Part shown: positions 33,004 through 41,304 of the stretch, in pieces
Numbering within the stretch: the first letter of the stretch is position 1
How the letters are laid out: each line of letters opens with the position of its first letter
Source of the DNA: Myxococcota bacterium
GTDB lineage: Bacteria > Myxococcota_A > UBA9160 > UBA6930
Length of the DNA: 64,000 nucleotides
Direction of reading: 5' to 3'
NCBI GenBank assembly: GCA_030065975.1
Contig: JASJCN010000009.1
Span: 47 to 64,046 of the forward strand
Program-made: the position numbers and the translations under genes
Notes under the pieces: model-generated
Database searches by the model: none
Seen by the model: the letters and a program-made list of their open reading frames with translations, nothing else
Told to the model about the DNA's origin: nothing

Positions 33004-34650
33004 GTGAAGATCGCCATCGCGCAGATCAATCCGATCGTCGGTGACCTCGCGGGAAACCGCGCGCTCATCGAGGCCGAAGCCCGCAAGGCCGAGGGCCTGG
33101 GCTGCGATCTCGCCGTCTTCCCCGAGCTCGCGCTCACGGGCTACCCGCCCATGGACCTGCTCGAGCGCGACGGCTTCGTGCGCGACCAGCTGCGCCACCT
33201 CGAGACCCTGGAGAAGGGCAGCGGGCGCACCGCACTCGCCATTGGCGCGGTGCTGCCGGTCGAGCGACGCGGGGGCAAGCACCTGGCCAATGCCGCGGTG
33301 CTGGTTCGTGAGGGGCGGCGCCTGGCGGTGCAGTCGAAGACCCTGCTGCCGACCTACGACGTCTTCGACGAGAACCGCTACTTCGTTCCGGCGAGCACGC
33401 GCACGCCCATCGCCCTCGCGGGCGGGCCGCGGCTCGGCCTCTCGGTCTGCGAGGACGCCTGGACCGATCCGCGCCGCTACGACGTCGACCCGGTGGTGGA
33501 GCTCGCCAGTGCCGGCGCAGAGCTCGTTTTGAACCTCTCGGCCTCCCCCTGGCACGTGGGCAAGCCGGCCGAGCGCCGCCAGCTCTTCTCCGAGCTCGCC
33601 GCCCGGGCCGGGGTGCCCATCGTCTTCTGCAACCAGTGGGGCGGCAACGACGAGCTCGTGTTCGACGGCGGCTCCTTCGTGGTGGACCACCAGGGACGCG
33701 TGACCGATGCCGCCCCGCTCTTCGAGGGCGGGCTGCACGTGGTGGAGGTCCCGACCACCGAGCGGGGACGCCTGCCCAGCGAGATCCTCGACCCGGATCC
33801 CGTCGCCCAGCTCGAGGAAGGGCTCGTGCTCGGCATCCATGACTACTTCAGGAAGCAGGGGCTGCCTCCGGGCGCGGTGATCGGGCTCTCCGGCGGCATC
33901 GACTCGGCCGTGACGGCGCACCTCGCGGTGCGGGCGCTCGGCGCCGACCGCGTGCTGGGCGTGGCCATGCCGGGCCCCTTCTCCTCCGAGCACAGCATCG
34001 AGGACGCCCTCGAGCTCGGCCGCTGTCTCGGCATCGAGGTGCGTCGCATCGACATCGGCCCGGTGTACGAGGCCTATCGGGGGCTCTTCGCCGACCTCTT
34101 CGGAGCCCGCGACGACTACGGGCTGGCCCAGCAGAACATCCAGTCGCGCATCCGAGGCGCGCTCCTGATGGCCGTCTCGAACGCCGAGAACCGCCTCGTG
34201 CTCGCCACCGGGAACAAGAGCGAGCTCTCGGTCGGCTACTGCACGCTGTACGGAGACACCGTCGGCGGCCTCGCCGTCCTCGGCGACGTGTACAAGCGCG
34301 ACGTCTACGCCCTCGCCCGCCACGCGAACAAGGACGGCGTCCGCATCCCCGAGAACACGATCGAGAAGCCGCCCTCGGCCGAGCTCGCGCCCGACCAGCT
34401 CGACACCGACGACCTGCCGCCCTACGACGTGCTCGACGACGTCCTCTACCAGGCCATCGAGGAGGGCCGCAGCGCCGCGAGCGTCGTTCCGCCCACCGGC
34501 ACCACGCCCGCCGAGGCGCGCGCCATCGTGGGACGGCTCGACCGCAACGAGTACAAGCGGCGGCAGTCGCCGCTGGTGCTGCGCGTCTCGCCGAAGGCCT
34601 TCGGCAGCGGCCGCAGGCTCCCGATCGTCCACCGATACGCAGGGGAGTAG
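33004..34650 (+). CDS. nadE: Glutamine-dependent NAD+ synthetase (nitrilase-like + NAD synthase domains)
   Basis: CN-hydrolase domain (VFPELALTGYPPMDL...LSVCEDAW) followed by the PP-loop GLSGGIDSAV. GTG at 33004 is preceded by AGGAGG with a 5-nt spacer. Confidence 0.92.
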   Translation: MKIAIAQINPIVGDLAGNRALIEAEARKAEGLGCDLAVFPELALTGYPPMDLLERDGFVRDQLRHLETLEKGSGRTALAIGAVLPVERRGGKHLANAAVLVREGRRLAVQSKTLLPTYDVFDENRYFVPASTRTPIALAGGPRLGLSVCEDAWTDPRRYDVDPVVELASAGAELVLNLSASPWHVGKPAERRQLFSELAARAGVPIVFCNQWGGNDELVFDGGSFVVDHQGRVTDAAPLFEGGLHVVEVPTTERGRLPSEILDPDPVAQLEEGLVLGIHDYFRKQGLPPGAVIGLSGGIDSAVTAHLAVRALGADRVLGVAMPGPFSSEHSIEDALELGRCLGIEVRRIDIGPVYEAYRGLFADLFGARDDYGLAQQNIQSRIRGALLMAVSNAENRLVLATGNKSELSVGYCTLYGDTVGGLAVLGDVYKRDVYALARHANKDGVRIPENTIEKPPSAELAPDQLDTDDLPPYDVLDDVLYQAIEEGRSAASVVPPTGTTPAEARAIVGRLDRNEYKRRQSPLVLRVSPKAFGSGRRLPIVHRYAGE

Positions 34651-34680
34651 CCGGCCATGGGCCGGCGATCGGCCGGCCGG
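34650..34680. terminator. GC-rich hairpin cluster (GCCGGCC-atg-GGCCGGC and overlapping alternatives) between convergent nadE and the csp-like gene
   Basis: Read directly in the 34-bp gap between the two convergent stops. Confidence 0.4.
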
Positions 34681-34684
34681 CGGG

Positions 34685-35182
34685 TCAGCTGGCGGGAGCG
34701 GAGGTGGCCTCTTCGGGCGCCGCCGCGCGGACGTGCTCGGCGCGGGCGCCGCGCGGGCCCTCCTGGATCACGTACTCGACGTTGTCGCCCTCGGAGAGCG
34801 CATCGTAGTCGGCGCCAGCCATCCCGGAGCGGTGGAAGAAGACCTCCTTGCCGTCCTCCCCGCGGATGAAGCCGAAGCCCCGGTCGCGCACCATCTTCTT
34901 GATGCGGCCCTTCGACTTGGGGCCGATCGGCGCCGGCGTGCTGGCGGCAGCGCCGGTGCGGCGGCCGCGTCCGCGACCCCGGCCCCGGCGCGCGGCCGTA
35001 TAGCGCTCGCCCAACACGAACTCCTCGAGGAAGAGATCGATCGGGACGGCGAGGTCCTGCAGGCCTTCGCGCTCCGCCTGGAGGAGGATCTCCTCCTCAC
35101 CCACGTCCACCACGCTGTAGCGGAAGTTGGTGTTCTTGTGGGTGCACTGTGCTCCCGGTTCGACTTCGTCGAGCGACAGCAT
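34685..35182 (-). CDS. Cold-shock domain protein with a unique ~65-aa N-terminal domain and an Arg/Gly-rich linker
   Basis: The C-terminal segment GRIKKMVRDRGFGFIRGEDGKEVFFHRSGMAGADYDALSEGDNVEYVIQEGPRGARAEHV aligns position for position with CspA (GxVKWFNxxKGFGFI). It is preceded by RRGRGRGRGRR and by an N-terminal domain, MLSLDEVEPGAQCTHKNTNFRYSVVDVGEEEILL... Confidence 0.8.
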   Translation of the reverse strand: MLSLDEVEPGAQCTHKNTNFRYSVVDVGEEEILLQAEREGLQDLAVPIDLFLEEFVLGERYTAARRGRGRGRGRRTGAAASTPAPIGPKSKGRIKKMVRDRGFGFIRGEDGKEVFFHRSGMAGADYDALSEGDNVEYVIQEGPRGARAEHVRAAAPEEATSAPAS

Positions 35183-35413
35183 GGCGTGACCTCGGTGGCG
35201 CAGAAGGTGGGTCCGGTGGAGGGCCGGAATGCGACGGTGGTCGCTGCGCGGGGGGCGCGGAGCGACGGAGGCTAGAGAATGGACAAAGGCCGGTCAAACG
35301 AGACGCCCGGGGGCCGTCTCCCCAGCCGCGCCGCTAGTCTGGCCCCCTCGAGGGGGACGCACATGCGAGGGAAGATCGGCCGCATCGCCGGAGCCGGCGG
35401 CGTCGGACTGGCA

Positions 35414-36661
35414 ATGAAGCTTCACCGTCTCGTCATGGTCGTCGTTTGGCTCTGCGCCGGGGCGGCGGCAGCGACGGGAGCGGAGCCCGAGGCGACGCTC
35501 CGGGTGGGAACGAGCGGCGACTACGCGCCGTTCTCCGTCTCGCACGAGGACGGCTACCGCGGCTTCGACATCGCGGTGGCGAAGGCGTTCGCGGCAGAGC
35601 GCGAGCTGCGCATCGAGTGGGTGCCCTTCGAGTGGCCGAAGCTGCGAGCCGACCTGCTGGCCGGTCGCTTCGACGTCGCGATGAGCGGCGTGACGGTGCG
35701 CCCCGAGCGAAGCCTCGCCGGATCCTTCTCGATCCCGGTCGCGGCCAGCGGAGCCGTCGCGCTGGTTCCCGAAGACGGTCCGCACCAGACCCTCGAGCAG
35801 CTGGACGCCCCTTCCGTGCGCATCGCGGTGAACCAGGGTGGACATCTCGAGCGCGTGACCCGCGCCCGCTTCCCGGCGGCCCGGGTGGTCGCGATCCCGG
35901 ACAACGCGGCCGTGCCCGAGGCGCTCTCGAGAGGCGACGTCCACGCGGTCGTGAGCGACGATCTCGAGGCGCCCCACTGGGAGCGGCAGGTGCCGGGCCT
36001 GCGGCGACTCGGGCCCTTCACCCGGGACACCAAGGCCTATCTCGTCGCGGCGGACCGCCGCGACGTGGCCGGCAACCTCGACGCCTGGCTGCTGGAACGG
36101 GAGGCCGACGGCACGCTGCAGCGGCTGCGCAGCGAGCACCTGGGGCGCCCCGCCGCGGAGCCGCCCGCCGCCCCGCTGCCGGCGCTGATCCGGAGCATGC
36201 AGGAGCGCCTGGCGCTGATGCCCGCGGTCGCCGAGGCCAAGCGCGGCAGCGGAACGGCCGTCCGGGCGCCCGCCCAGGAGGAGCGCGTGATCGAGGCGGC
36301 CCAGTCCGCGAGCTGGGCGGCGGCCGCCGTCGCCGGCCTGCCCGTGCCCGACGCCGAGGGGGTGCGGCGACTCTTCCTCGCGCAGATGGCGGCCGCGCGC
36401 GGCATCCAGGAGAGCACCCTCGCCGGTGAGCCCCGGCCCGGGACGCCGGACGCGAGCCTCGAGGAGCTGCGTTCCGCGCTCGCGCGCATCGGCATCCGCG
36501 TGGCCGGCCTGCTGCCCTACCTGCCCTTCGAGCTCGACCCCGACGCCACGAGGGCGCGCATCGACGCCGGCCTCGCGGTGCCGGGCCTGACCGACGAGCA
36601 CCGGGCGGCGATCACGGCCGCCCTCGTCGACCTGGCGTCCGCACCGCGCAGCGAGCCGTGA
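35414..36661 (+). CDS. Exported fusion of cyclohexadienyl (prephenate/arogenate) dehydratase (PheC-like SBP-3 fold) and AroQ-class chorismate mutase
   Basis: Signal peptide MKLHRLVMVVVWLCAGAAAATG. LRVGTSGDYAPFS...YRGFDIAVAKAFA...WPKLRADLLAGRFDVAMSGVTVRPER closely parallels P. aeruginosa PheC. The C-terminal helical part (LIRSMQERLALMPAVAEAKR...PAQEERVIEAA) is CM type 2-like. Confidence 0.8.
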   Translation: MKLHRLVMVVVWLCAGAAAATGAEPEATLRVGTSGDYAPFSVSHEDGYRGFDIAVAKAFAAERELRIEWVPFEWPKLRADLLAGRFDVAMSGVTVRPERSLAGSFSIPVAASGAVALVPEDGPHQTLEQLDAPSVRIAVNQGGHLERVTRARFPAARVVAIPDNAAVPEALSRGDVHAVVSDDLEAPHWERQVPGLRRLGPFTRDTKAYLVAADRRDVAGNLDAWLLEREADGTLQRLRSEHLGRPAAEPPAAPLPALIRSMQERLALMPAVAEAKRGSGTAVRAPAQEERVIEAAQSASWAAAAVAGLPVPDAEGVRRLFLAQMAAARGIQESTLAGEPRPGTPDASLEELRSALARIGIRVAGLLPYLPFELDPDATRARIDAGLAVPGLTDEHRAAITAALVDLASAPRSEP

Positions 36662-37593
36662 CCCGCCGCACCCGGCACTGGCGGGGGGCCGACCCCGACC
36701 GGGCCGCGCGCCGGGCCGCCCGCATCCTCGCTCCGGGAAGCGCGGTGCCGCGCTCGATCCGCACCGGGCACAACGCCGTCTACCGCCTCGAGCATCCACG
36801 GGGCCGCCGGGTCCTGCGCATCTCGCCCCCCGAGTGGCGACGCCGCTCGGAGATCGAGGCCGAGCTCGACTTCATCGAGCACCTGGCGGGCTCGGGGCTC
36901 TGCGTGGGACGCCCGCTCCCGGGCCCCGACGGTCGGCGCGTCGTACCGCTCGGGCGGGGCCTGCTCGCCTGCCAGTTCCGCTGGCTCGAGGGCGTTCGCG
37001 TGACGCGCTTCGGAGCGGATCCAGGCGCCGGGCTTCTCGCGGCCTGGGCCACGCTCCTGGCACGCCTTCACGTGGCCTCCCTCGCCCACCGGCCGCGCCC
37101 GGGTCGCGAGCGCCCGCACTGGAGCGACGACCCGCTCTCGGGCTGCCCCACCCGCCACCTCGGCCCGGACGAGACCGGGCTGCGACGCGCGCGCGACGAG
37201 CTGATCGACCGGGTACGCGAGCGTCCGGAGACTGCGGACTTCGGCACGGTCCACGGCGACGCGAGCCTGGTCAACCTGATGCTCCGCCCGAAGAACGTCG
37301 CACTCTTCGACTTCGACGACGGCTGTCGGCACCACTTTGCGTGGGACCTGGCCTGCGCCCTCCACGGGCACCGTGAGCACCCGCACTTCGAGCGCATCGT
37401 GGACGACTTCCTGTCGGCCTACGCCCGGGTCCGTCCGGTTCCGCCCGACTTCGTCGCGAACCGCGACGAGTGGCTGCGGCTCCGGACCCTGTCCGTGCTG
37501 CTCTACTTCCGCGGCCGCCGCCGCCAGGGGGACGCCTGGGTGCGACGAGCCACGCGGGAGGTGCTCGAGGGCGCTAGAGGCGCAGCCAGCTGA
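36658..37593 (+). CDS. Phosphotransferase-family (APH/choline-kinase-like) protein kinase fold enzyme
   Basis: Brenner-type motif VHGDASLVNLML and FDFDDG (the DFD/DxD metal site). GTGA overlap with the upstream gene. Confidence 0.75.
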   Translation: MTRRTRHWRGADPDRAARRAARILAPGSAVPRSIRTGHNAVYRLEHPRGRRVLRISPPEWRRRSEIEAELDFIEHLAGSGLCVGRPLPGPDGRRVVPLGRGLLACQFRWLEGVRVTRFGADPGAGLLAAWATLLARLHVASLAHRPRPGRERPHWSDDPLSGCPTRHLGPDETGLRRARDELIDRVRERPETADFGTVHGDASLVNLMLRPKNVALFDFDDGCRHHFAWDLACALHGHREHPHFERIVDDFLSAYARVRPVPPDFVANRDEWLRLRTLSVLLYFRGRRRQGDAWVRRATREVLEGARGAAS

Positions 37594-38002
37594 GCGCCGC
37601 CTTGCGCAGATCGGAGTAGCTCCGCTCCTTGGTGCCGACCTTCGGGGCGGCCGTCTTCGGGGCGGGCTTCTTCTTCGCGGCGGTCTTCTTCTTCGCCGCC
37701 GTCTTCTTGCGAGCGGTGGTCTTCTTCCTGGCGCCGGTCTTCTTGCGGGCCGCCTTCTTCGTCGAGGCCTTCTTCGTCGAGGCCTTCTTGCGCGTGGCGG
37801 TCTTCTTCCTGGCGGAGGTCTTCTTCTTCGCCGTCTTCTTCGTGCTCGCCTTCTTGCGGGCCGTCTTCTTCTTCGCCGAGGCCTTCTTCCGGGTGGCGGT
37901 CTTCTTGCGCGTCGCCTTCTTCCGGGCCGGAGCCTTCTTGCGGGAGGCGGTCTTCTTGCGGCCGGCGGTCTTCTTGCGGGTCGTCTTCTTGCGGGCAGCC
38001 AT
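37574..38002 (-). CDS. Histone H1-like lysine-rich repeat nucleoid protein
   Basis: 142 aa from the ATG at 38002. It is almost entirely (T/A)xRKK(T/A)(A/S) repeats: MAARKKTTRKKTAGRKKTASRKKAPARKKATRKKTATRKK... It ends in a short non-repeat tail, ERSYSDLRKAALSWLRL. The purine-rich RBS gagagggga lies upstream. Confidence 0.8.
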   Translation of the reverse strand: MAARKKTTRKKTAGRKKTASRKKAPARKKATRKKTATRKKASAKKKTARKKASTKKTAKKKTSARKKTATRKKASTKKASTKKAARKKTGARKKTTARKKTAAKKKTAAKKKPAPKTAAPKVGTKERSYSDLRKAALSWLRL

Positions 38003-38088
38003 GTCATCCCCTCTCGTGAATTCGCGAGCAGAGTAGCCGGTGGGGTGGACGCGTCGAGCACGGGTGATCGATCGTCCGCTTCGACGGA

Positions 38089-38589
38089 CTAGGGTGCGCG
38101 GAAGATCGCGCGCGTCGCGAGCCCGGCGAGCACCGGGAGCAGAAGCGAGATGCCGTAGCGGATCGCCGCGAAACGCAGCCCGAGGATCGGGATCTCCCAG
38201 GCGACGAGGCGATGCATGGCGAGCAGCGACCAGGCGGTCAGGAACGCGACGACGGCCGGTGGCGCGGCGCCCGCGCGGATCAGGACGGCGGCGATCGGCA
38301 TCGAGACGAAGGGCCCGGCCGGGGTGACCATGCCGGCGCCGGTGGCGATCAGGATGCCGCGCAGTCCGGCCTCGTGGCCGAGGTTCTCGCGCACCCACTC
38401 GGTGGGAACGAGCCACTGGAAGAGGCCCGCGGCCAGGAAGGAGACCACGATCACCGGGCCGAAGCGCAGCAGCAGGCCGCCGCCCTCTCCGAACGCGGAG
38501 CCCAACGCGTCGGCGCCTCCGCGTGCACCCACCACCCCGGCCAACAGGAGGAGCACCACCAGCATGAACCAGAACTGGCCCTCGAACAT
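38089..38589 (-). CDS. Small integral membrane permease (DUF318/ArsP-type permease half-size homologue)
   Basis: 166 aa from the ATG at 38589, with 4-5 predicted TM helices. The segment GILIATGAGMVTPAGPFVSMPIAAVLIRAGAAPPAVVAFLTAW resembles the predicted-permease family. Assigned from memory. Confidence 0.6.
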   Translation of the reverse strand: MFEGQFWFMLVVLLLLAGVVGARGGADALGSAFGEGGGLLLRFGPVIVVSFLAAGLFQWLVPTEWVRENLGHEAGLRGILIATGAGMVTPAGPFVSMPIAAVLIRAGAAPPAVVAFLTAWSLLAMHRLVAWEIPILGLRFAAIRYGISLLLPVLAGLATRAIFRAP

Positions 38590-38624
38590 GGCGGCTCCCT
38601 TCGAAGCCGGCGCCGACCCGGCCA

Positions 38625-39611
38625 TCAGTAGTAGCTGCAGCGCGTGCGATGACGCGGCTGCGACTTGATCTGGGGGTGCTGGCCCCGCGTCCACAGCAGC
38701 GCGTCCAGCCGGTGGATCCCCGGGGCGTAGCCCCGGCGGGCCGCCGACGCGGCCAGCCGCTCGAGGGCAGTGAGGGCCACGGCGCGGATCTCGACCTCTT
38801 CCTCGCATCCCCACTCGATCAGGCGCTCCATCTGCACCCGCGCCAGCAGCCGGCCGTCGTACACGAGGATCCCGAGCATGCGCATCACGTGGGGAACCAG
38901 GTTGTCGGCGAAGAGGGTGAGCTCGCCGACGTCCTCGAAGTGGCCGAGCCCCTTTCCGCCGAGCGCCTCGGAGAGATCCGCGCAGGTGATCTGCGCGCGC
39001 TTGTAGAAGGGGACCTGCAGCTCCTGGTAGGAGGCGACGTCCCGATACAGCGGCATCCGCCAGAGGATCCGCACGAGCTTCGAGGCACGATGCTCCGCCG
39101 CCTCGACGACGCCCTCGAAGCGCCCGGCATGGTCGCTCGAGACGAGCTCGCCGAGATCGCGCAGCGCACGGGCGTAGAGGGCCATCAGCTCCTCGACGGG
39201 CTCGACGCCCTCCTGGCCGAACAGCCGGGCGCAGTCGGCGGCCTCGAGCTCCTTCAGGGCCTCGGCGCGGATCAGCCCGTTGCGCTCGAAGTGCTCGCGC
39301 AGGGCGCTCGCGAGGCTGCGATAGCCCGAGAGCCCCTTGCGCTTGCGGAGCTGCGGAAACCAGCCGGATCCGAAGTTGATCGCGTTCATCGTCAGCACGA
39401 AGGCCACCGTGGTCGCCTGGTGCTTGAAGGGCGCGTGGGTCGGGTCCAGGGAGCGGACCGAGGGGCGCTCGGCTCCCAGGTGCGCCGCGAAGGCCTCGAG
39501 GGCGGTGTCGTCGATGCGGACGTGCCGGGCGCGCCGCGTGACCTCCGCGCAGACCGTCCGGATCTCCTCGAAGATGTCCTCTCCGGGCTCGGCGACGTCG
39601 GGAGTCGTCAA
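38625..39611 (-). CDS. Queuosine salvage protein, Qng1/DUF2419 family (queuosine 5'-phosphate N-glycosylase-like)
   Basis: AFVLTMNAINFGSGWFP...LFADNLVPHVMRMLGIL...LLWTRGQHPQIKSQPRHRTRCSYY reproduces the family's conserved blocks, including the C-terminal HRTRxxYY. The TTG start at 39611 overlaps the upstream stop (TTGA). The alternative is GTG at 39620. Confidence 0.8.
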   Translation of the reverse strand: MTTPDVAEPGEDIFEEIRTVCAEVTRRARHVRIDDTALEAFAAHLGAERPSVRSLDPTHAPFKHQATTVAFVLTMNAINFGSGWFPQLRKRKGLSGYRSLASALREHFERNGLIRAEALKELEAADCARLFGQEGVEPVEELMALYARALRDLGELVSSDHAGRFEGVVEAAEHRASKLVRILWRMPLYRDVASYQELQVPFYKRAQITCADLSEALGGKGLGHFEDVGELTLFADNLVPHVMRMLGILVYDGRLLARVQMERLIEWGCEEEVEIRAVALTALERLAASAARRGYAPGIHRLDALLWTRGQHPQIKSQPRHRTRCSYY

Positions 39612-40531
39612 ACCGGGCACCCCACCATGCGCAGCGCGCCGGGCAGGCACTCGACCTCGACGGGCGTCGTACCGAGCGACTCCCCGTCGATCTCGATGGG
39701 TGCCGGGGCGCCCTCCGTGCGGAAGCGCTGGCCGCGGAAATGACCGACCTCCGGCAGCAGGAGGTGCGTGCCCCGATACAGGCTCGGAAGCTGGGAGAGC
39801 AGTCGCCGCAACGGAACCTCCGGAATGACGACGAGGTCGAACAGCCCGTCGTCCACGCGCGCCTCGGGAGCGACGTGCATGCCGCCCCCGAAGTAGCGCC
39901 CATTGGCCACCACCGCGAGGATGGTGTTGCCCTCGTGCACCAGCTCGTCGTCGACGTGGAGCGAGAGGGGAACGGGCCGGAAGCGCGCGAGCGCGCGGAG
40001 CGTCCCGATCAGGAAGGAGGCGCGCCCCCCCAGGAGCTTGGGCGCGCGATCCACCAGCTCGGTCACGAGCCCGCTGATCCCGACGCTCGTCATGTTGGCG
40101 AAGTAGCCCGTGCGCGGAGCGCCCTGCCGATCCCGGTAGCGGATGCGCCCCGCATCCACGACGCGCAGGGTCCCGGACGCGATGCGCTTCGCCGCGGCCA
40201 CCACGTCTTCGGGAAGCTCGAGCGTCTTCGCGAGGTCGCCGCCGGTCCCGAGCGGCAGGATCCCGACCTCCGCGTAGTCTCCGAGCTTCGCATCGAGCAG
40301 GCCCGTCACGACCTCGCTCGTGGTGCCGTCGCCGCCCGCCACCACCAGCCGCTCGACGCCGGCGCGCACGCCCTCCCGAGCGATCCGCTCGGCATCCCGC
40401 GGCCCCCGCGTCCACTCGATCTCGAAATCACCGAGCGCCTCGCGCAGCCCGGCCTCGGCCCGCAGCAGCGCCTTGCGCGCTTTGCCGGCCCGGCTCATCG
40501 GGTTGGCCACGATCAGGGTGCGGGGCGCCAT
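39608..40531 (-). CDS. Diacylglycerol/sphingosine-kinase-type lipid kinase (DAGK catalytic domain, YegS/BmrU family)
   Basis: LIVANPMSRAGKA...VVAGGDGTTSEV...ILPLGTGGDLAKTL...NGRYFGGGM are the DAGK_cat motifs. Confidence 0.9.
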   Translation of the reverse strand: MAPRTLIVANPMSRAGKARKALLRAEAGLREALGDFEIEWTRGPRDAERIAREGVRAGVERLVVAGGDGTTSEVVTGLLDAKLGDYAEVGILPLGTGGDLAKTLELPEDVVAAAKRIASGTLRVVDAGRIRYRDRQGAPRTGYFANMTSVGISGLVTELVDRAPKLLGGRASFLIGTLRALARFRPVPLSLHVDDELVHEGNTILAVVANGRYFGGGMHVAPEARVDDGLFDLVVIPEVPLRRLLSQLPSLYRGTHLLLPEVGHFRGQRFRTEGAPAPIEIDGESLGTTPVEVECLPGALRMVGCPV

Positions 40532-40543
40532 GGACGCCGGATG

Positions 40544-41260
40544 CTAACCGCTCTGCGGCTCTTCCGCGCGGCGCGCGCGCTCCTCCAGCACGACGTGCTC
40601 GAAGGCCCAGAGCACCACGAATCCGAACGCGCCGACCAGGTGCCAGATCGCGTGGATCGAGAGGAAGGGCCACACGATCTGCTCGTTGCTCGCGGTGGCG
40701 AGCAACATCCCGACGAGGAAGATCACGAGGACGCAGAGGAGCAGGGGCCGGGCGCGCTCCGGAATCTCGGCCCGCTTGCGGAAGAAGAGCAGGAACGACG
40801 TCACCGAGAGCACGATCAGGAGCGTCTCGCCCGGGTAGAAGCCGCCCCAGCTGCCGAGCGGCACCAGCAGGGTGCGCGGGGTGGACGGCATGCGATCGAC
40901 GAAGTGCCAGACCACCCCGATCACCATGAGCGCCGCGATCGCCCTCGACCCGATCTTGCGGGTCCGCTCGGGCCAGTAGTCGGCCAGCGCGCAGGCCGCG
41001 AACGCCCAGGCCACGACGATGTTGCTCCCCGTGTCGAGGAACGACCAGAACCAGCGCGGCAGGAGCATCGGGTTGGTCTCGCCGAAGCCGTGGAGCGTGA
41101 CGGTGAAGACCCCCGTGATCACCACGAGCCACCAGGCGCGCTCCCAGTGCGGGGGCTGGCGTCGCACGAGCGCGCAGAAGAGGAGCGCCGTCATTCCCGA
41201 GAACAGCGTGGCGAACCCGGTGGTGGCGTTCGCCAGGCCGAAGTTCGGGAGCGACTCCAT
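40544..41260 (-). CDS. Seven-TM membrane protein, alkaline-ceramidase/CREST-superfamily-like
   Basis: 238 aa from the ATG at 41260, with about 7 TM helices. The last helix carries SIHAIWHLVGAFG, resembling the HxxWH motif of alkaline ceramidases. Assigned from memory. Confidence 0.55.
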   Translation of the reverse strand: MESLPNFGLANATTGFATLFSGMTALLFCALVRRQPPHWERAWWLVVITGVFTVTLHGFGETNPMLLPRWFWSFLDTGSNIVVAWAFAACALADYWPERTRKIGSRAIAALMVIGVVWHFVDRMPSTPRTLLVPLGSWGGFYPGETLLIVLSVTSFLLFFRKRAEIPERARPLLLCVLVIFLVGMLLATASNEQIVWPFLSIHAIWHLVGAFGFVVLWAFEHVVLEERARRAEEPQSG

Positions 41261-41304
41261 GGCCGGGACGGTAGGCGCTCCCGGGCTCTCGGGTAAGGGT
41301 GGGG

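Noticed and set aside
36517-38092. Track ORFs 36517..38061, 37337..38092 and 37629..38036 across the Lys-rich repeat
   Set aside because: They are alternative-frame or antisense readings of the same nucleotide repeat (poly-Arg/Pro or poly-Phe/Ala-Val). Only the 37574..38002 minus frame has an ATG with an RBS and gives a biologically known protein type (H1-like KK-repeat).
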